DNA of 63,385 nt, filler included, from Reclinomonas americana ATCC 50394 (lineage: Eukaryota), in assembly GCA_048213135.1 (NCBI GenBank). It is 7 parts of 4 records of this genome, joined end to end, with 100 filler letters (N's around TTAATTAATTAA, not from the genome) between each part and the next. Parts side by side here need not be neighbours in the genome. Positions count along the whole stretch, not along the records: positions 49,574 to 55,597 come from PS015030.1; positions 55,698 to 58,941 come from PS015030.1; positions 59,042 to 61,452 come from PS015030.1; 4 more parts are not named here. One strand, given 5' to 3'. The stretch's first letter is position 1. Every line of letters begins with the position of its first letter. The notes beneath the pieces were generated by a model that was not told where the DNA came from, ran no database searches, and saw only the letters and a list, made by a program, of their open reading frames with translations. Position numbers and translations under genes: made by a program. Positions 50,660 to 61,552 of this stretch are shown here, piece by piece.

Positions 50660-53600
50660 TCACTCCATGGTCATGCCCGACGACCCCGGCGCCATCATGT
50701 ACGGCACCTCCGAGTGCAGGCACTCGTGGAACTCACCCGACCACCCGGGGTCCTCGCGATTCGCACGACCAAACACTACCGAAGAGTGTGTCAGCAGGGA
50801 GTAGCAGGCAGGAGGGAGAGGAAGGCGCACGACTTCGCAACTCGTGTCGATTGTGATGCGGAAAATGTCTTCGTACATGCGCTGGCCGACCGGCATGTGC
50901 CTCTCGCCGAGGTGCGCCAGGTTGGGACCGGCGTTGACCTCCATCAGGTGCACTTGAATCACCTGTTCGTGCACACGAGTTAGAAGCGGCAGAGGGAGGA
51001 GAAATTCTGCCTGGAAATCGTCATGAGGCCACCTTCTCCTCCGGATCCGCCCACGCCGGCAAAAAATCCAAGCCGAAAATCTCCCAGCAGTTGGGCACCT
51101 GCGAGCAGACGCGCCGAATGAGGAAGACGAATGTCAGAAAAGGCTGGAGTTTGGTGGCATACCGGGAAGAAAGACAGCTCGGTCTGCGCGGCACGGAACA
51201 GATCGGCAGTGATTTCTCGCATCTGGCGCACAATCTCCGGCACGGCGCCCTCCGGCAGCGCCGATTCCAGTTCTGGTGGAGGTGGAGAAGAAGGGGGTGG
51301 CAGATGAGCGCACAGCGAACGGAGAATGGCATAGGGAAAGGAAGAATAGCACAGCGAGGGGAAGGGCACATCGAAGGAGATGAGTACAGCGAACGTAGGT
51401 TCGACGGATTGCTCACCTGTGAGTGTCGGCATCGAACGCACAATGTCGTAATCCGGATGATCCTGTGCGTGCAAAAATGTGAGATCACAGCCCCCACAGC
51501 AAGGTTGTCCACCGCCCCCGAATGCACCTTGTTCGTCTGGAAGTTCGTAATGTGCCTGCACACACACCCAACTCATGTCAGAAACGCGCTCCTGAACTGC
51601 CGTCCCTTCTGCACCACTCACATGAAGGAATTATCCAACTCGGCTCGGGCATACGGCAGCGTGCACAAGAAGCAGTACACCTGCTCGTGCAGGAACACCG
51701 TCAAGTTGCCGACGGCCAGTGCGTATGCACGCAGGCTGAACTTGCGTCCGTGGGCGAGCAGCGGCCGATCCACGTAACGCTGCACGACAAACTCGCGTGC
51801 TTCGTGGGCGAATTCCAGAGCGCGAGCGACGTCCTCGATGCTGCCGGCGAGCTGGATGTCCACGCCCCTGCGACGAAGTGGAAGTGAGGGGAAGGGGGAG
51901 GAGAAGGAAGAGAGAAGGAAAGTGAGAAGAGAGGGCAAGTAAGCGAGTGAAAGACTGACAGGAAACGGGTAAATTGACAAAGAGTGGCTGGGAGAAGAGA
52001 GAGACACGAGGGGGTGCAGGCTGCCAGGGTGAGAGAGAGAAAGGAAGGCAAGCATGTAAAACACTGGGCAAGACAGGCAAAAGCGAGAGACTTGGAAGAG
52101 GCAAGGCAGGCACATTGTCAACGAGATCGAGGGAGGCAGCCAGTCAACCCAAGAGTGGAAGCGTGAAAGTGAATTGAGTCCGCACAGCAACGAGTCGGAG
52201 GTGCAGAGTGAAGAACTATATCCCTCCCTTCACCCTCCTCTCCTCTCATCGCCCAACTTATTCGTCATCGACGGCTTCACAATCCAAATCGTGCCATCCT
52301 CCTCCGCCCGGTGCACCTCCACCGGCAACTCCGCCAACGCCTCATCCATGTACTCCGGGTCCTCCAGCTCCACCGCATAACCCGGCGGCACGGCGCGTGC
52401 CAGCGGGCACTCGGGTCGCTTGGCCACGTAGCGCTCCACCATCACCGCCATTTGCGCTTTCCGAATGAGACCCTTTGCGGAGGGAAACGGATGGGAAAAA
52501 CAAACAGGCATGCAAGCCAGCAAACAATCACGCAAGCAAGCGATCAAGAAAACAAGCAACCAAACAAAAGAGCAAACATGCATGCAAGAAACCCACGAGA
52601 CAAGCAAGCAACAAAGCAAGCAAACAAACAAACAAACAAGCAGAGCAAACAAACGACCAGCAGACAGCATGCAAAAAAAAAAACAAGCAAGCAAGCAAGC
52701 AAACAAACAAACAAGCAAACAATCAAACAAACAAACAAACAAACAAACAAACAGCAAACAAGGAGTGAATACGCGATCATTGACTGCATATGTGCTTCCT
52801 TGNNNNNNNNNNNNNNNNNNNNNNNNNNNNNNNNNNNNNNNNNNNNNNNNNNNNNNNNNNNNNNNNNNNNNNNNNNNNNNNNNNNNNNNNNNNNNNNNNN
52901 NNNNNNNNNNNNNNNNNNNNNNNNNNNNNNNNNNNNNNNNNNNNNNNNNNNNNNNNNNNNNNNNNNNNNNNNNNNNNNNNNNNNNNNNNNNNNNNNNNNN
53001 NNNNNNNNNNNNNNNNNNNNNNNNNNNNNNNNNNNNNNNNNNNNNNNNNNNNNNNNNNNNNNNNNNNNNNNNNNNNNNNNNNNNNNNNNNNNNNNNNNNN
53101 NNNNNNNNNNNNNNNNNNNNNNNNNNNNNNNNNNNNNNNNNNNNNNNNNNNNNNNNNNNNNNNNNNNNNNNNNNNNNNNNNNNNNNNNNNNNNNNNNNNN
53201 NNNNNNNNNNNNNNNNNNNNNNNNNNNNNNNNNNNNNNNNNNNNNNNNNNNNNNNNNNNNNNNNNNNNNNNNNNNNNNNNNNNNNNNNNNNNNNNNNNNN
53301 NNNNNNNNNNNNNNNNNNNNNNNNNNNNNNNNNNNNNNNNNNNNNNNNNNNNNNNNNNNNNNNNNNNNNNNNNNNNNNNNNNNNNNNNNNNNNNNNNNNN
53401 NNNNNNNNNNNNNNNNNNNNNNNNNNNNNNNNNNNNNNNNNNNNNNNNNNNNNNNNNNNNNNNNNNNNNNNNNNNNNNNNNNNNNNNNNNNNNNNNNNNN
53501 NNNNNNNNNNNNNNNNNNNNNNNNNNNNNNNNNNNNNNNNNNNNNNNNNNNNNNNNNNNNNNNNNNNNNNNNNNNNNNNNNNNNNNNNNNNNNNNNNNNN

Positions 53601-53730
53601 NNNNNNNNNNNNNNNNNNNNNNNNNNNNNNNNNNNNNNNNNNNNNNNNNNNNNNNNNNNNNNNNNNNNNNNNNNNNNNNNNNNNNNNNNNNNNNNNNNNN
53701 NNNNNNNNNNGTACCTACGTACTACGACAC

Positions 53731-53805
<75 letters not shown>

Positions 53806-53980
53806 AGTCTCACACTCACTCTCTCTCTCTCTCTCACACAGTCTCGACGTTCCACTCAACTCTCTTCTCCACTGCAGGCGCCAACAGATTGCGCATCTGA
53901 TACTCGCCGTCCTCATAGGCATACATGCGGATGTTGGCTGGGTGCGGCTCGTCGGCCAGAGAACGCGGGCGCACACTCAT
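50660..53980 (-). CDS. Tubulin-tyrosine-ligase-like ATP-grasp protein (Pby1-like), gapped
   Basis: KGLIRKAQM, WIVKPSMTNK, FVVQRYVDRPLL..GRKFSLRAYALAVG, HITN, EIFGLDFL, HLMEVNAGP. The putative first exon at 53980 lies beyond a gap, and the 3' end is approximate. Confidence 0.85.
52480..52760. repeat. (CAAA/CAAG)n intronic microsatellite
   Basis: Directly visible. Confidence 0.9.
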
Positions 53981-55421
53981 TGCAAAAAATAAATAAATCG
54001 GAGAAATGCGTGTCCTGGTCCTGTCGCAAGCTGGGGGAAGAGAATGCAAGCACAAAGGAAAGGCTGCATTGGCTGGAGTAGAATGCGCCGGTTTGCGAAG
54101 TGCAGCGAGTTGTAGAAACGCTTTGTCAAGTCGATATCGAATTTTCGATATTGCAAAGCCAGAGGAACATGCAGCATGAGACTGTGACGTAGTCGACCAC
54201 AGGTTATGGGGTTGCGAGTGAGCTCCAAGAAGAAGCACCAGAACCTGAGGCTTTGCAGAGACGGTGCCTGGAAAAATAAATTCGAGAATGCGCATGCGTT
54301 TCTGGAATTCGAAGAGAAGCAACAGCGCTAGCAAAAGCATGCAAAGACAGATTTTGAAGTTTTAATCAGCAGCAGGAGGGGCCAATAAGGGACCTCCAGG
54401 ATGCCTGGCGACTGCTTTTCTTTGCAACCGCAACTGCCTGTCGATATCGATCGCGAATTGATCATGATCACGCAACGATCATGAAGGCGAATTCGAATCC
54501 TATGCGCTGCGATGAATTGCAGTTGCAAGCCATAGGCACAGCGTTCTCCATTACCGCAGAAACCCTTTCACTTGCAGAAGATCAGTTCTATTACACTGGT
54601 GACAAGAGCCGTGTGTCCTGAATAGGGCTTTATTCTCAACATCGACAACACACTTAAAACAGTTTTAGTTGTAGAAGGAAAGCACACGAGACTTGTTGGC
54701 GATCACTGGTAGATGCTCATTGTTGTGTGTGGATCAGTGAAGTTTCTATTACTGTATTACGAAAATTACATTGTTCGGTCCGGATCTCCACAGTTCCGTG
54801 TCGCCCTCAGCGCTCACTTTATACCACGCGCGCGCGCAAGTACAAGCGCAATGCCAACGCTCTCGCACCATTCACCAAGCTCACACTGATGTGCGGCGGT
54901 GACACTCGTCACATCAAACGTAACGTTCATTGTGGCGCAAACTGCGATCTCTCTGAGTATGGCCACAAGAAGCTTTGCGGGTTCCGCGGCTGTTGCGCTG
55001 CGAGCAAACAGCAGTGGTCATGGAGGAAGACATGGTGAGAAAGAGAGAGAGAAAGAAGGAGAGAGATGAAACGGCGAGAGAGATTGATTGAGAGTGCGAG
55101 AGAAGGAGAGGGAAGGTAAGAGTGAGAGAGTGAGTGAGTGAGAGAGAGAGAGAGAGTGTGTACGTGTGAGAAAGAGAGAGAGAGAGACGGGAGGGAGAGA
55201 GAGACAGATGGAAACGGGTGAGTGACAGATTGAGAGTGCAAGAGAAGAAAGAGTGAGTGTGTGTGTGTGTGAGAGAGAGAGAGAATGAGTGAGTGAGTGT
55301 GTGAGTGAGAGAGTATGTGTATGAGTGAGTGAGAGAGAGAGAGAGTGAGTGAGTGAGTAAGCGAGAGAGAAGAAAAGGAGAGGAGAGCGGACAGAATGAA
55401 GGAGATACACACTCACACACA

Positions 55422-55465
<44 letters not shown>

Positions 55466-56159
55466 AGGAGGCAGCTGTGTACTTCGCTCTCCTTCTCTTC
55501 TTCGTCGTACGGACCGACGGCGAGTCGTACGGTACACGCGACGTCTTACTTCGTACACGTACGACGGTCTTACAACTAACTACCTAAAGTCGTCGCCNNN
55601 NNNNNNNNNNNNNNNNNNNNNNNNNNNNNNNNNNNNNNNNNTTAATTAATTAANNNNNNNNNNNNNNNNNNNNNNNNNNNNNNNNNNNNNNNNNNNNAGG
55701 GGGAAGGGGGAGGGGAAGGGTGAGTGGGGGGAAAGGGAGGAAGGGGAGAAGAGGGAGTGAACGGGAGAGAGAAGGGGGAGGTGAGTGGGGGGAAAGGGAG
55801 GAGGGGGAAGAAGGGGGACAGGCGGGAGAGAAAGCGGGAGAGAAGGCGTGAGAGACGGGGGAAGAGAAGGGGGAAGAGCAAGGGAGAGAAAGAGGGAGAA
55901 AAGGGGAGAGAAGGGGGAGAGAAGGGGGAGAGAAGGGGGAAGAGCGAGGGGAGAGAAGGGGAAGAGAAGAGGGGAGAAGGGGGAGAGAAGGGGAAGAGAA
56001 AGGAAATGGAGAGAGGTAGGGGGAGAAAAGCGGAAGACCAAGCAGGAAACAAAGAAGAAGACGGATAGACAAATGAGAAAAGATAGGCACGCACGGACAC
56101 AAGAGAAGAGAGCCCTCAAAACCCTCTTGATCAATCCACTCCTTCTCCCTTTAGCTCAC

Positions 56160-58691
56160 CTGACGATAGTAGCGCGTCTTCAGCAGCTTGCTCTCGGCGC
56201 CAAGCCCCTCCAGCACAGCATCAGCGTACTCCTGCTGGCCAGCGGTGAAGACGCACAATCTGTACCACTGCGACACAATGCGCAGGAATTCTCGGCAGTG
56301 TGGTCGCACAAATACGTGGAAGCGGACGGTCATGGCAGCTGCGCGGGTGCGGGGGCGCTCGTGAGCACGGAGGATTTGAGGGAGAGAAGGAACTTGAGGC
56401 GAGTGAAGGAAGAATGGAGATTCTGTAGACACGCGTCGATGCGGAGAGTAGACGCACATGACGCAGGTAATTTCAGACACACGCCGTGGGAAAGAGAGAG
56501 GAAGAGAGAGAGAGGATTTGTATCTTCCATCATGTCTGCTGGTGCACGATTGCGAATCACAGTGGCACACCGCCCCGGGGGCACGAAGCGAAGACAGAAC
56601 GAAGGGGAAAGGCGCGTTCCCTGGCAAAGCGCTTCCATATTCCCACTCAGGGGCATTAACAAGGAAGGCGACACGAAAGGACAAATACTCAGAGCGTTAG
56701 GTGTTGGGGAAGGAAACACGCATCACATCGCCGGATTCTCACCCAGGGGCACAAACAAGGAAGGCGACACGGAAGGACAAATACTCAGAGCGTTAGGTGG
56801 AGGGGAACACACATCACATCGCGTGTTCTCACTCAGGGGCACAAGCTAAGGAGGACACATGCCCAGACTGCTCTCACTCAGCGACCACGATCAGGGAAGC
56901 ACAGGAAGGAAAGCGAAATGGGCACAAAGCCAGTTTCTATGAGCTGCAGACACACACTCATAGCATAGGCTTCCAAGGCAACGAAGATGAAGCAAACAAG
57001 AGAAGCAAAAGCGAAGGAGGATGAGAAGAAACATGCACGCAGCCAGTTTCTCTCAGCTGCAAATACACACTCTGCACCGAGTTTCTCTCACTCAGAGAAT
57101 TGCAAGGAAACAAAGAGAGTTTGAAACAACGCCACACAAAGCAGCAGAGACACACCGCCCTATCGCTAGTCTCCCACGCTCAGCGCAACAGCGACAAATC
57201 ATCCCGTCGCCCTATCTTCTCCGTTCCCCTTCCCCTCCCCCGCCCTCCCCCCTCGCGCGCACACTCACCCGGCTGCGTCAGTCTCACATGCACAGCAAAG
57301 TCATGCGGCTGCTGCGGCTGCAACGTGGCGTGAATCAGCGTCTCATCCAGGTCCAACGCCAGCAGCTTGCGCTCGCCGGGACCACCGCCAGTCCACGACG
57401 GGTTCATCAGGATGCTGCGCCAGAGAGAGATGAGTGGGGGAGAAGGCAGTCAGGAAGGGCGTGAAGAGGAGAGAAATGAGGAAGGGGATGAGAAGAGGAA
57501 GAGAGCAGCGTGAGAGAGGAGTGAAGGATGAGAAGGAGAATGAGAGCGAGAGAGGAGCATGACGAAGCGGATGGCGTGGTGAATGAAGAGGGATGAGAGA
57601 AAGAGCGGAACTTGAGAGTGGAGGCACAACGAAGAGACTGGAAAGGGAGGTGAAGAGGGAGTGACTGAGATAGACTGAGACTGAGAGGGACTGAGAGAGA
57701 TAGAGAAAGGAAACGGAGAAGGAGAGCAGCGAAGAAACAACAGAGGAGCAGGAGCATGAGGAGAAGACAGAGGCAGTGAAAGAGAGTGAGAGCAGCTGGA
57801 CAGCAGAGACGAGATTGAGGAGAAGGTGGAAGAATGAGGGAGAGAGCAGAGAGGAGCTGGAGGAGGAGGAGAAAACGAGCAAAGAGGAGCAAGAGAAGGA
57901 GGCGAGAGAAGGTGGAGGAAAAGAGGAGGAGAAGCGCACGAAAAGGGAAGAAAAATCACGAATGCACCACAATGGAAGAGAAATCCCGCATCTGAGAGAA
58001 CAACAACACAGACAGAGAATCCACGCACACAAACAACAGAAAAGCACACACACAAACACCACTCAGACACACAAATGAGAGAAGAACACAAAGAACACAC
58101 AGAGAGAGAGAGCAAGTGAAATCCAATCAATTACACAATGCACACACTTGCTCTCTCTCACAAACAGCGCACAGAGTAAAGCACAGAGAGAGACAGAGAG
58201 CAGACACACACACACACACACACACAAAGAGAGAAGAGAAGAGAGCAAGTGTTTGTTTGCAAGTGTGTGACTCACCGACTCTGCTGATGCGGTGCACCTC
58301 CCGCGCCAAAGCCCACATCCTCTCCTCCGCCTCTCTCTCCCTCTGCTCTTGCCTCCACCACACCCTCCTCCTTCTCGCCTTTGTGAGTTTGCGCGCCATT
58401 TCGCCACACACACACCGCCACCTCCTCCACATTGCTGCCACTCAGCGGAACCTCCGCGGAGCTGGCGACCCCGCTCAGCACGCACTGGGAGCGCACGAGG
58501 TGGAGCAGCGCGTGGGCGGCGGAGAGGAGCAGAGTGAGAAGAGCAGAGAGGAGGCGCGTGAAGGTGAATGTCGAGGTGGGTTTTGTGACAGAGGTGGGCG
58601 TGCTCGTCTTCTCCTCTTCCTCCTCTGTAGCAGTAGTGGTGCTGCTAGTGGGAGAGGAGGAGACCGGGGAACGAGCGCGCAGAGTCGCCAT
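56160..58691 (-). CDS. CTDNEP1: CTD nuclear envelope phosphatase 1 (Dullard/Nem1)-like HAD phosphatase, 3' end missing
   Basis: N-terminal hydrophobic segment (LLSALLTLLLSAAHALLHLV), RKLLALDLDETLIH, and VRFHVFVRPH..EFL.IVSQWY.LCVFTA..EYAD.V...L..RYYRQ. These fit the CTDNEP1 subfamily of FCP1/SCP phosphatases. Confidence 0.82.
56642..56845. repeat. ~97-bp intronic tandem duplication
   Basis: caggggca..aacaaggaaggcgacacg.aaggacaaatactcagagcgttaggtg...catcacatcgc occurs twice. Confidence 0.85.
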
Positions 58692-58774
58692 CTCTATCTA
58701 ATCAGTGAGCGGACAAAGCGAGTGGTTTGTAATTGTGCATGTTCGGAAATTTGCATGCATTCTTCTCTCGCGCA

Positions 58775-58941
58775 GCAAGGTGGAGCAGGGCGTGTGCGGC
58801 GGAGAGGAGGAGAGTGAGAAGAGCAGAGAGGAGGCGCGTGAAGGTGAATGTCGAAGAGAGTGGTTTGGTGACAGAGGTGGGCGTGCTCGTCTTCTCCTCC
58901 TCTGTCTCTTCCTCTGTGGTTGTAGTGGTGGGAGAGGAGGT
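58775..58941 (-). repeat. Upstream duplicate of CTDNEP1 exon-1 coding sequence (copy of ~58495-58660)
   Basis: Near-identical aggtggagcag.gcgtg.gcggcggagaggag.agagtgagaagagcagagaggaggcgcgtgaaggtgaatgtcga...gtgacagaggtgggcgtgctcgtcttctcctc. Confidence 0.88.
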
Positions 58942-59829
58942 NNNNNNNNNNNNNNNNNNNNNNNNNNNNNNNNNNNNNNNNNNNNTTAATTAATTAANNN
59001 NNNNNNNNNNNNNNNNNNNNNNNNNNNNNNNNNNNNNNNNNAAACCTCTCCACTCTCTTTCGTTCTCCGTTTCTCTCAATCACCTCTACTACTTCCCCCT
59101 CCTCCATCTCCCTATTGCACTCGCAGTAACCTTACTGTTCCTCGCTATGCCTATTCCCCCTCTCCTCTCTTTCTCTCCTGCCGTTGCCCTCCTCCCTTCT
59201 ATTCCCGTTTCCGCCTTTAGGTCTCCTGTCCCGCCCTCTGTCGTTTTTTGCCTTCCTTCATTCGTCTCCCCACTCCATCACTTTTCTCCTCGCTCCTCTC
59301 TTCTTTCCGTTGTTGATTTCTTACCTTTTTTCGCTCTATCCTGCTCTTCCCCCTCTCCTCTCCATTTCTCTTGCCGTTGCCCGTCCCATTCTCTTCATTC
59401 TTTTCCCCGTTTCCGCCTATCCTCTCTCCTCTCCCGCCCTCTGTCGTTTTCCTTTCCGCCTGTCGCTCTATGTCTCCTCATGTCGTTGCCCTCCTCACTC
59501 AAGTTCGTTTTCATCTCGCTCCTCTCTTCTTTCCCGTTGTTGTTTTTCTTTCCTTTTTCGCTCTACCCCCATTTCCGCGTGCGCTTTTCCTGCCCCTCCT
59601 TCTGTTGTTTTCGACTCCCTTCCTTCGCCCTCCCCACTCTGTCCCTTTCTTCTCCACTCCTGTCTTCGTTCCCGCTTCCGAATGACCCGCTCCTCTCCTT
59701 CTCCTTTGCTGTTTCCTCTTCCTCCTTCCGTCGCACTGTCCCTCCGTCCTCTCTTCTCCCAATCTCTTTCTCTCTTCTTCTCCCCTTCCCCTTTGCCCCC
59801 CTCCCTCACCCCTCTCCCTTGGCCTGCAG

Positions 59830-59924
59830 TGGACTTTGTGTGGGGCACGGAGACGCACGTCGACGTCTACTCCAAGGCTATTGCGTACGCCGACCGCCGC
59901 CAAGTGGAGCTCGGCCGCCTGTAA
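59830..59924 (+). CDS. Terminal exon of a probable acid lipase (LIPA/LIPF-type alpha/beta hydrolase)
   Basis: Long polypyrimidine intron + CAG, then xDFVWGTETHVDVYSKAIAY...*, matching the HLDF(I/V)WG.....VY..I motif that follows the catalytic His in acid lipases. Confidence 0.6.
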
Positions 59925-60028
59925 TCGTCGCGTTTCCTATTTTCATTCATGAGGAGATATTTTCCTGTGTGCTGCGCTCTCTCCTCATCGTTGTTGTATT
60001 TGTTCTCTCGTTGTTTTTTGATCAATCT

Positions 60029-60613
60029 TTAGTCCAGTGTGATAAACATGGACTTACGGGGCTGTCCGTCGACCGCCTGCGACAAGTGACCCTTTCCAGT
60101 GGTGTCCTCCAGCAGCAGCACATCGCCCGTGTTGAAGACACGCGCCTCACCAGTGGTCACCTGTTGGCAAGAGTGAGGACAGTGTGTCGACAGAATGGGT
60201 GCCTCCAAACGAAATACCTCCACGCGCACTGAGCCATGCAACATGACAACGAACTGGCGTCGCGGTGCCGTATGCCATGCGTAGTCATAGTCGCCGGGTG
60301 TCTCACGGAAAATGATGCCCGTGGCGTGCATGAGAGAGGAGAGCGCGCCAATGTCTCCAGCACTCTGAGAAACCGAACACATCGATCAATCACAGGCGAG
60401 GAGGGAGGGAGAGAAGGAGATGGTGAGAAAGGAAGAGACAGAGGGAGACAGAGAGAATGGCAAGTTGCATGCATCATGAGTGAGAGAGAGGGCATGTCAC
60501 TCTCGCTCTCTCTCTCTCGTTTGTGACGAAACGACCAGTGGCACAGTGACGTCTTCAAAGTGCGTCTCTCCTGCCTCGTCGGGGTACAACCGGGTGTATG
60601 TGAAGCTTGACAT
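60029..60613 (-). CDS. Small cupin-fold protein, bacterial-type, 3 exons
   Basis: MSSFTYTRLYPDEAGETHFEDVTVPL|..GDIGALS...IIFRETPGDYDYAWHTAPRRQFVVMLHGSVRVE|VTTGEARVFNTGDVLLLEDTTGKGH...SMFITLD*. Cupin motif 1 (WH.AP..Q) and motif 2 (GD....D..G.GH) are present. Confidence 0.85.
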
Positions 60614-61552
60614 GCTCCTATCCTCGCAGAAAGATCGACAGATTTGCAGGACAGTTTCGGAAAAACTCTGTGTGCCTCCTCTTTCGCTCCCCACGCGCGG
60701 CTGTGATAGAGGAGCAGGTGGGAGGTGTTGTCATTGACTGGGAGAGGGGGTTGCATGAGTCAGAATCGCGTTATTGAGAGAGTTGTCTGGTCAACGTATC
60801 GACGTCGACGACGTACGCGTCGCGCATCAGTGGATGGTCTGCAGCTGTGGGCGGGTGCAGGTCAGGTGAGGACACGCGAGGAGGGTGTATAGCAAGCTAT
60901 TGGATGCAACAAGGGTTCGTAGGCTGACTGGGAGGTGGCGTCGAGAATTCAACCTTGAGCTCGACGTCGCGATCGAGCTCGAGGTCAAGGTTGCACGTGT
61001 TTGCATGGCGCATTCTTCGTCTCAGGCACTGACCTGCGGAGCGGGTAATGAGTTTCTCTCCCGTGGCACTGCATCGCTGGCAGGCGAGCGCGCCTCAGCC
61101 TGCAGCGCCCTCAAATGCAACTTCGCGATCGACTTCTAGATCTCTCTGCCTCCTTCGCTCTCATCGCCGCTGCTCGCTCGCACACTGTACATTCGTTCCC
61201 TTTGCTCTGTTCTCCACCTGGCAACGACCAAAAAGTGGCCTGCTGAAGCCAGCGTTCTGCATCCGCACTAGACTTCGCAACTTCGAATTCGCGATATCGA
61301 TTGACTCTCTCCCTCTGCCTCTCTCTCTCTGCATTGCTGCTTGCCCATGCGGCATCCCTCCGTTCCTAAATGCACTCTTCACCACATAGCAACGACCAAT
61401 AATTGGCCTGCTGAATCCAGAGTAAGGCATCCACACTCATGATCAACTTCGCNNNNNNNNNNNNNNNNNNNNNNNNNNNNNNNNNNNNNNNNNNNNTTAA
61501 TTAATTAANNNNNNNNNNNNNNNNNNNNNNNNNNNNNNNNNNNNNNNNNNNN

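Noticed and set aside
54850-55038. Exon-like GC-rich block (plus-strand MATRSFAGSAAVALRANS...|gtgag, or a minus-strand terminal exon)
   Set aside because: Strand and frame are ambiguous, no recognisable motif, and it does not match the expected CTDNEP1 C-terminus.
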